From Candidatus Omnitrophota bacterium (GTDB lineage Bacteria; Omnitrophota; Gorgyraeia; Zapsychrales; Fredricksoniimonadaceae), in contig CAWHFJ010000013.1 in assembly GCA_963828495.1 (NCBI GenBank), positions 135,952-199,951 on the forward strand: 64,000 nt of DNA, written 5' to 3'. Position numbers and translations under genes: made by a program. Positions 53,697 to 62,600 of this stretch are shown in pieces; position 1 is the first letter of the stretch; each line of letters starts with the position of its first letter. Under the pieces are notes generated by a model, which worked only from the letters and a program-made list of their open reading frames with translations, was not told where the DNA came from and ran no database searches.

Positions 53697-56600
53697 TTAA
53701 ACTATGATAATGTATGCATATGTTGTTGTTTGATAACTAATATTACACGTATATAGGGTAATAATAGGCGGCACTAAATTATTAAATCCTGTCCAAAACC
53801 CTTTGCCGCCCAACGGCACACCCATTGAAGTTTTTATCCACAACACAAACTGTCTTTTGACCAGAGTAATAACAGGCTTAATAATGGTGACATAAACTAC
53901 CCGTATGGAGTGCAGCCACCATCTTGTTATGGGCCATTCAAAAACTGGGAGAGGTTTTATGTTGGCAAATAAAGAGACCTCCGTGCCTGCTCCTGGTCCG
54001 GCGTTGGGAAGACCATTCCCTGCGCCGTTGCCGCCAACGATAGTGCTTTGTTGTTCTTTCAGGGGTTGCCCGCCAATTCTCTGGATTGGTGAGGTCTCTC
54101 CGAAGGCGGACTTCGCCATTCGGACTCGCCGTGGCGCTCGCCGCGGCGCCGGGGACAATGCCACCCGCCGCAACACTTTCAAAGGCGGAACTCCTCCACT
54201 AATTTTAGGAATACCCGTTGATGCCGGCCCAGGCAATCCATTTATCCAAACAGTGCTCAGTATTAAGAACCTGGGGAAAATACACGCCCAATTCATGAAC
54301 CGCTTGAATATAATGAGAGGATAAAGCGCCATCACTGCGAGAATCAAAAATTCGAATATCAACGCTGCCGTTCTTTCTTCCCATTTATTATCAGACTTTT
54401 GGGCAACGGTCATGGCCAATTTACTTTGGCCGAATTTAAGCCACCTGTAGTTATTGTTATAATGGTTCCTGACAGAAGACCAAAATAACGGCTTTTGCTT
54501 GGAAGAAAAATCTAACTGGGGTTGTAATTTCCTGATCTCGTCTTGATCTTCTGGCGGATGATTATTAACGAACGTTTCCCAGGTATAGCCTTTCCTTCCG
54601 GATGTCTGCCATCCCCTATATAATTGTAATTGTTCCCGGAAAGCCTCTCTCCAAAGGACTACCCAGAAGGCCCACTTTTCTGAAACCCAGCCCCTGATCC
54701 CTTCCTGGGGATTAGCATTGTGCGTTATGTCCTGGGCCACCCCTAAAATAAACTCCCGCGCTTTTCCCGGTAACATGGCAAACGCAATATCAGGATGCTG
54801 TTTCAAAACGCTCTCTCCAGCAACAGCAGTGATTCTGTCTTTAACATCGAAGATATAGTCATAGGACTTACCTAATTTGCCCGTGAATTCTTGCTTAGCA
54901 CGGAGTGTCACACCCGGTATTTTTTCAGATAAATGGTCATAAAGGGCGCATGCCGGATTTTTAACAACCGTAGTCACAGAAATCACATTGATCCCTTGTC
55001 TAAGTGCGGCCTCAATCACTTGTTCGATCAATCGGGTTGCAACTCCGTTCTTCTGCGCATCCGGATGTACGGCTAAATAATAAATATACATGCCCTCTTT
55101 CTTAAGGGCCTTGCCATAAACCACATAACCTTTAATTAAATTGTTTAGAGAGTAAAAGGCCATATGGTAAGATGTTTCTTTACCCTTAAGTGCGTTACGA
55201 ATAATCTGATCACGAATGGGATTTTTTAAAGGGAAATATTCCGGATCAGCGACTAAGGTATTAATCACTCGAATACCCTTTTTCTTGCGGTATGCGGCTA
55301 CTTTAGCTTGCAGAGCGCGGAGGATTTCCTTTCTTCGATCTGCCACGCGGCCAATTGAAGATTGCCAGCGCACGCCTAATAATTCCCAAACCCTTCCAAT
55401 AGCTTCAGACCTCGGTTGCTTATGCCATATTTTTTGCCAGAAACTTTTTAACTCTAAGAACAGTGGCACTGCCAACACTGTGCCTACCCATGGAATAAGT
55501 CCGACAACGTTAACCAATATAAGTAATCCGAAAGTCTCACTCAACCTCCATTGGTATATTCTCTTAAAATAAAAAATTATCAAGCCTTCAAAAGCAGCAT
55601 TAAGTAACCAGATCAAGCCTGCGCCTATCAACCAATGCCACCCATCACCACGACTAAACATTACTTGCCCTATAAGACTGCCCGCAAGTATGAGATTTAA
55701 AGGAATAGTGAAAACTTTTACAATCATCATGACAAACATAAGATCCACATATCCCTGCACCTGAAACGCATCACGCAAGGATGCCAGCCGTTCATACACC
55801 TGTTGAGAAATCCTGTTCTTGCCGCGTTCATTGCTAAGGAACTCATCAAAATTTCCTTGAGCCCGCTTAATTAATACTTCTCTACTGAATATATGGTCTT
55901 TAGTGTTTAATGAATTCTTACTGTTATATCCTTGGTGAAGTTTAAAAGCAGAATAGAAATTCTTGGCTTTGATCGTAGCTTCGGCAAGGGCTTTAATTTC
56001 AAAATTCCCCGCATGCCACCTAACAAAAGCAGCAACGGAAATAATACGCCACCGCAACAAGGCAGTCTCAAATAATGGGGCCATCCATTTCTCAATCACC
56101 CAACCTAAACTGACAATTTCAAAAATGTTATAAAGCCCCCTGGACACCGGCAGCATAGCAGGCGCAGGTCCCGGGCTATTTTCCCGCGGTTCAAGGGAAA
56201 GAATACATCTTTTAAGGAGCTCCCTCTGTTCGCCGTAAACTTTAAAATCTTCAGCAATGGCAGTCATAATCCCGGGTAGGTCTTCACGAACAAGATGTTT
56301 ACGCCCCTTCTTTTGGATATCCTCCAATAAATCTTTCATATTATTATTCTTAGTTTTGGATCGCATGGGGCGCCAGCTCATAAGATCTTTCAAGGTGTAT
56401 ATCACTAAAACATCCCGATAACGTGTCGCGGCTTTAAAGACGGAATTAGCCACACGTTCGCCCAGCCATCGAGTACCATCAATCCTGAATTGAATAAATA
56501 TAGCCTGATAAAAACGGGCCCAATAAATCGCACGTTCTCTATCCGACAGACTGCGCGGAAACTGCTGCGTGAAGTTCTGCAAAGTTTCCTCAAACACTCT

Positions 56601-59600
56601 GAAGCGATCAACCTGGGCAGGATTGGTCAGCGCAACACCAACCAGGGCCTTAAAATACGCTGTCCAAAAATCAAAAATACGGTTGGATTCATCAAGGACA
56701 CTCCTGGCCTGTTGGCAGAAGTTCTCTATGCTTTTGCCTTCGGCAAGGAATTTGAGGGCTTGCCCCAAAATACCATAAAGCAATGCCAAGTCCGGTTCGC
56801 CTTTAATGGTTTCTAGACCAAGGATGCCGTAAATACGCCCCCGTGCGATTTCAACACGCGAGATGCCATCGATGATATCTTCCGGACGACCTTGTCCTAA
56901 AATCTGCTCAATCCCGTTAATCTGACGCCTTAAGTCCGCATCATTTCTAGAGTTAATCTTCTCTTTAAGTGTCGGCAGCTTACGATATAAAGTATGTGTG
57001 GCAATACCGGCTGCCTTTTGACTGCCTCCGATGTCCGCGCGATCTGTAGCTTCTTGCAGAAGACCAATTTCACTATCGATAACGTGCCCCAAACTGCGCC
57101 AGCCTTCCCAGAGGGGCGATGGCGAAAACCTTTCGGCAATCCTGGCTACGCTCTTCGGAAATTTATTGGCTGTCTTTTGAATGGCTCTCTTGTGCGCCTG
57201 GGCTGGCGTCAGTTTATTTCGTGGTCTTTGAAGAAGCCGGTTCTCGATGAGTCCGTGATACGCATCTTCGAGGAGCAGGTCTTTATTGCGTCTATAAACA
57301 TAGTACGAGGAATAATAAATTTCTAACGTGAGATTTCCCTTTTCATCGCGGGTCAGTCTGTCCCAAATAAAGCCCTTCGGAGGAGCGCGCGGAATGGATT
57401 GATTTAAAATAAACACCTTTACCGGCACATCCACAATGCCTGCAAATCTCTTTTGATCAACACGGACTTCTTTAAAAGTCTTGCGAGCGATCAGATCCTC
57501 GATGTCATTAACGTTTTCCAATGAAACATTCCCTGAACATCCCGACCCGTAAATGTCCGTGTGACTTTTACCTATACGCGGCAGGACATGGGCACCTTTC
57601 ACACTAAGCACACTGTCACGCAAACACCGTCTCCGGAATTCCTGCTTTTCATTGGTAATAGCCTCTTTAATACGTCTTGCGATTTCTCCCAATATGCCGT
57701 ACAAAGTCCCTGCCAATACAAATATTGTTAAACGCGAAGGCATATTAGCAATCCATTGAGCCAAAAATTCCTTAGGGATATATACTTCCAGCAATTCCAG
57801 CACTCTTTCAACATAAGATGAATGGATAGGCAGAACAATAGCCCCTACGCAAATGGTCAAGGCAACCCAGCTGACCCTCTCCATAGTCCATTGGACTAGG
57901 TCTAATAAAGTTTTATATTTCCCTAAATACGCCACCATGGATGACAGGGAAAGCGTAACTCCCTGGACTTCAATATCCTCCCGAAAAATAAAACTATAAA
58001 TGGCGTTATTAATAAAATCCTGAAAATTCTTTATGATCTTACCTAAATCTTCTTTGGTTTGGGATTCCAGAGGCTCTGGGAAATATCTTTGCAGAAATAT
58101 TAAAAAAGATGTTGGCTGCAAACGGCCGGTTTTATCTCTTGTAATATCATAAAAACCGTTTCTTTCCATCACTGCGTTGAACCTTAAGCTTATGGGCCAG
58201 ATAAACTTTCTCTTGCTCTTGACAAAGACTTTGGCCCAAGCCAACAATTCCGACAAAAACTGTTCTATAAATTCCTTACCTGCGCCCCAGCCCCAAGTAG
58301 AAGAGTCCTTTTTCAACTCTGCGGGCTTTAAATACTTTTCATGCTCCTTAGCATTAGCACAAAGCTTTACTTGTGCTAAATCCGTTATGCCTACGGGCAA
58401 GGCAAGATTATTTCTGCTCTCTAGTATTTTCCAAACATAAAAAGGAGAACAGATTAAAATTGCCGCAATAAGCCCAACCACATCCCGATGACTGCCCTGC
58501 CATAGGTTTATATTATGAGCCATGCCTGCACAACCGGTTAACATCACCATAAAAACCACGAGAGCGGTCATGCCCAAAACAGATTTCAAGGAAGGAGCCG
58601 CGTGCTCCATAAGCCTCCCGTCTTGCGAAGACATTTGTTGCTCAACAAGCCGCTCGCGGTCATTGGCATAATCTGCTTGTCTGCCACAAGCAAGATTGTG
58701 ATCACCAGTCAGGATAGCTGTTATTTCATGGACTAATATTTGTTCGCGGGTAGTGTTTTCTTCAGGGGGAATATTGGTCGCCATCAGTATACGCGCACCC
58801 TTATAAGAAATGCCGCCTTTATCATTGGCGCCTAAAAATACCTCTTCAATATCCGGGCCGGCCCGGATTTCCACTTGCCTTTTAAGTGCATCCAGCTGAA
58901 GAGCCAAATCCGGATATTTATGGCGATACCATTTAAATACAGACTCGACCCAGGGCTGACTTTTAACCCTCTGGAATCCTCTAAACTTGTCGGCTGCGAT
59001 CTTTTGATAGCGGGCTTCTACCTCTTGGGGACTTTTGCCTGTCCGCGGCAGGGCCGAGTCGCCAGAGATCCCTATCCAATCTCCAATAAAAATCTTTTGC
59101 GCTCGCGGCCCTAAAATCTCATGCGCGGCTTGTGCGCGAATCACACGCACCCTGCTCTGGCCGGCAATGGGAACCACCATGGTATCTTTTTCCAAATCTA
59201 GTCTGTCCAACAACTCACTGCGGGTCTTAACATCCAACGCCTGCCATAAGCTATTGCATGAAAATCCTTGGGTCCATCCCTGCAATTCAAAAACCTTAGA
59301 CGCCCGTGTCTGCCATGCTTGGTATTTTGCTTCATACCCTTGCTTACCGCTGCCATCGAGAATGCTTTCAAACATCAAACCGTATTTTTGAATCATCACA
59401 TCAATAGAAACTTCCTGATGCGCCTTAATAAAGGCCTTTTGCATATCATCAATCCAAGTTCTGTCTCCTTTATCGGTATAATTGTAATACAGACTTATTC
59501 CTTCCTTAAGAAATGCGCCCAACTGCTTACGGCCCTCGATCCTGAATTTTTCAAGGACTTCATAATCCTTATCATTGATCTTGCGAACAAGTTTTCCAAA

Positions 59601-62600
59601 ATCCCATCCTTTAAATACGTCGATCAGCCAGCCTGTGGCACCATGAATGATGTAAGCCAGAGGACCGCCGGTAGCCGTGGCAATATTTAAATGCCCGTTA
59701 AGAGCGGCCCTGTTATCGCTGGTGCCGGAAGCTTCCCGAGTGGCGCGCGGCATGCTCACCCAGATATCCGATGCACTGGTTGCCAAACGCATTAATTCAA
59801 TACCGGTATCATCAACAAAGATGAATTTACCTTTCAAGTCTTCGGCCCCCATCTGCAGACGGAATTCTTTGACCCAAGCCTTGCCTTTGTCATCCTGCCC
59901 CACTCCACCGACCAATAGATTGGCCATTAAACCTTTTTCCTTCCCCCAAGGGACTTCGTACTCCACATCCTTATCTCCAACAATCCAGCGTACAATAGGA
60001 AAGAGTATCCCCTCTTCTTTATAGTCCACCATGCGGCGCACCAATCCAACCAAGGGCCGGTTGATATCCGTAAAAGAACATCCATAATTTCTATTTAAAT
60101 ATTCATTCAATTGCCCCTTCATCTGCTGGCCAAAGTCATAGAGTTCCTTACCCGTAACACAACCTACCCCAACCTCTGCAACGCGCTGGGCTAAAGGAGG
60201 AGAATACCATTGCTTGGGGTCTGAACCATTTTGAATGCCAATCGTTTTACCGGCATAAGCCGGCATAATGATTTCTTGAGTAACCCGAGCATGCTCTATG
60301 GCTACTCCATTAACTAAGGTGGCAACTTCTCCCAAACCTTTTGCGGTATTAACTTCTCCCTTCTCCCTGTCAATAATCTCACGAGCCCCGTCCCAGTCAC
60401 GCACTAACTCCCAACCGACAATGGACGTAACCCAAGCCTTAGCATCATGCTGTATCGCAGCGGGTTCAGGAGTATGCGTTGTTCCCGCGATCTTAGTATC
60501 GTTGAAAATGCTTTGGCCGTGTCTGCCATTAAAGAAATCAATATCGTTTTTCATAGCCGTAGCTGCATAAACCAATTGCGGTTCATTCAGACGCACAATA
60601 GCAGGAGGGATCCATAGACTCTTCATCAATTCTACGAATGCTCTTCCCAAGAGCCCTTGCTGATAAATTTGATAACCTTTATCCGGATAAAGAGAATTAA
60701 ATATTTGAGGTTGACGTAATAAAAACACTAAATTACCGTTACGGTTGATCCAATATACCTCGACCTTGAAATTGCCATTGTGATAGGCCACGTCCAGCGT
60801 CCATATTTGTTTATTGCCTTTTGCATCGTACACCATTACCGGCTTTGCCCCTTTAGAGGGCTCATCATCTGCCATCGGCCAATCAAGATGAGTCCATGCC
60901 CCAGTTGTCTTATTAACATGATTTTCATACAAAGGCATTACTCCCATGCCGGAAAATTTCCACAACGCATTATGGACTCCGAAAGTTTCACCTGCTAAAA
61001 ATCCTAATCCACCGGCCCCCAAGGCCAACTGGAATTTCCCTTCAAGCTCTAATAAGAATGCCTCCAGCGTTAAATCACAAAACACCGGAAGGCCGGCTTG
61101 TTTCAGATTTCTGACAAAGGCGCGTAACTGCGGATTAGCAAACTGGTCTAAGAGAAAATTCTCTGCCCATAAGGCATTGCTATCGCGGTAGCCTGCCGTC
61201 GGCTCATCGCTCGTAGTGCTTAAATAGACTAAACTGGCAGCCTGCTGGATTTCATCAAGATACCGGGCGCATTCAGGATGATTGGATAAAAGAGCATAGC
61301 GGACACTATCTTCATAATAAGTCGTGGCTAAAAATCCTCGAAATGGCCCGGCACGCACATGTCCGGCAGCGATCATCTCTTCCAGCATCCAAGCCTCAAA
61401 AATATAACCGTTCTTAAAAAGCCACTTCAATGCCCGTGAGGCTATTGGCATCTCTGCTGTCACTTGTATCAAGCCTGCATCTTGAATCTTTTTGCCCTGT
61501 AAAACACTAGCGATTTCTCTGCTTTTTTGTTCTGCTGTCGGCAAGGAATCCCCAGGGATGGCGCGCACAACATAATTGGGGTTATGGTCTGGCTTGGCTC
61601 TAAGCAAATACTGGGTTTTTTCACCTTCGAGCTGAGTGAGCCAATCTGCGTCGGGCACTAATCCTAAATCATTATTAAGCAAAAAGGCGATGTGGCTTTC
61701 CAAAAGATTGTGTTCGATGAGATAACGGATGGTGGATTGACGAGCTTCAGTTTCGGATTGTCCTAAAATATGGAATAATTCGTGGCCTTTAAAGATAATT
61801 TCAAGCTGCTCGGGCGGGCCACGCAAAATGTTCGGATTGACATAAACATATAATTGATTGTTCTGCCCTGCCTCTGTTCTTACCGGAGAGGCCTGAGAAG
61901 GACGTATCACAAAAATGACCTCCCTGCCCTGCAGTGCCTCTTGACCGCCTAAAGCCTTGAAGATCTTTGCCTGCTCATCGGCCGTCGGAGTCCTGTCCGG
62001 TTCATTGCTGAAAGGCATGCTCGCCGGATAGTTACCGGAGACGCCTTTCCCTGTTGCGGCAGCCAGCCACCCCAACACTTCCTGCGGGCTCCACACAGAA
62101 CGTTCTAAGTGTCGCAAAATGCCGTCGGGATCGTGCGTAGCCATATGCATAATCTCATCTGCCCGTGCCTGTGTGGGCGCATACACATAAATCCGTGTTT
62201 CCGGAGCATTCCCTGACGGCCTTACATGGAACCGGCTTGTGCTGTCCCACATCATGATCCCGTCATCCACCCGGTCGCCATAGTGCATGCGGGTAATCCC
62301 TGTGAAGCCGCGTTCTTTAGAGAAGAACCCTTGCATCTTCTCCCTTAAACTAACAAGCCTCCGGCCTTCTTGGCTGGCGTACGCAAAGACTGCGGGAGCG
62401 CGGCTGTCCCTGTAGGCTATAGTCACCTGACCGGCGGCATCATCAAAAGAGGCTCCGGCTATTTTTAAATCCCCTTTAGGCGCATACCCATCCAGCAGTC
62501 TTAGCCCTGTGCGTTTGGTCCCCGGAGGTACAGGCATCTCATGAATGATCCCTGCCGAAGAACAGTAGCGGTCAAGTTTGCCTTCAAATAAACCATAAAT

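Noticed and set aside
53697-54250. I searched all three minus-strand frames at the 3' end of the giant ORF for a hidden copy of the GGI-x-L C-terminal module, such as might be masked by a frameshift.
   Set aside because: The alternative frames contain early stops or basic low-complexity sequence. The in-frame tail (ISGGVPPLKV...ANIKPLPVFEW) shows only faint resemblance. On present evidence the giant ORF does not carry the module.
58520-58590. A lipobox-like MLTGC inside the giant ORF.
   Set aside because: It lies about 1900 aa from the N-terminus within a TM helix cluster. Lipoprotein signal peptidase sites function only at N-terminal signal peptides.
61765-61790. An HExxH motif (GHELFHILG) in the unassigned region of the giant ORF, as a possible zinc metalloprotease site.
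   Set aside because: A five-residue pattern is expected by chance in more than 3400 aa. I see no downstream third ligand motif or Met-turn that I can recognise. It is left for profile searches.
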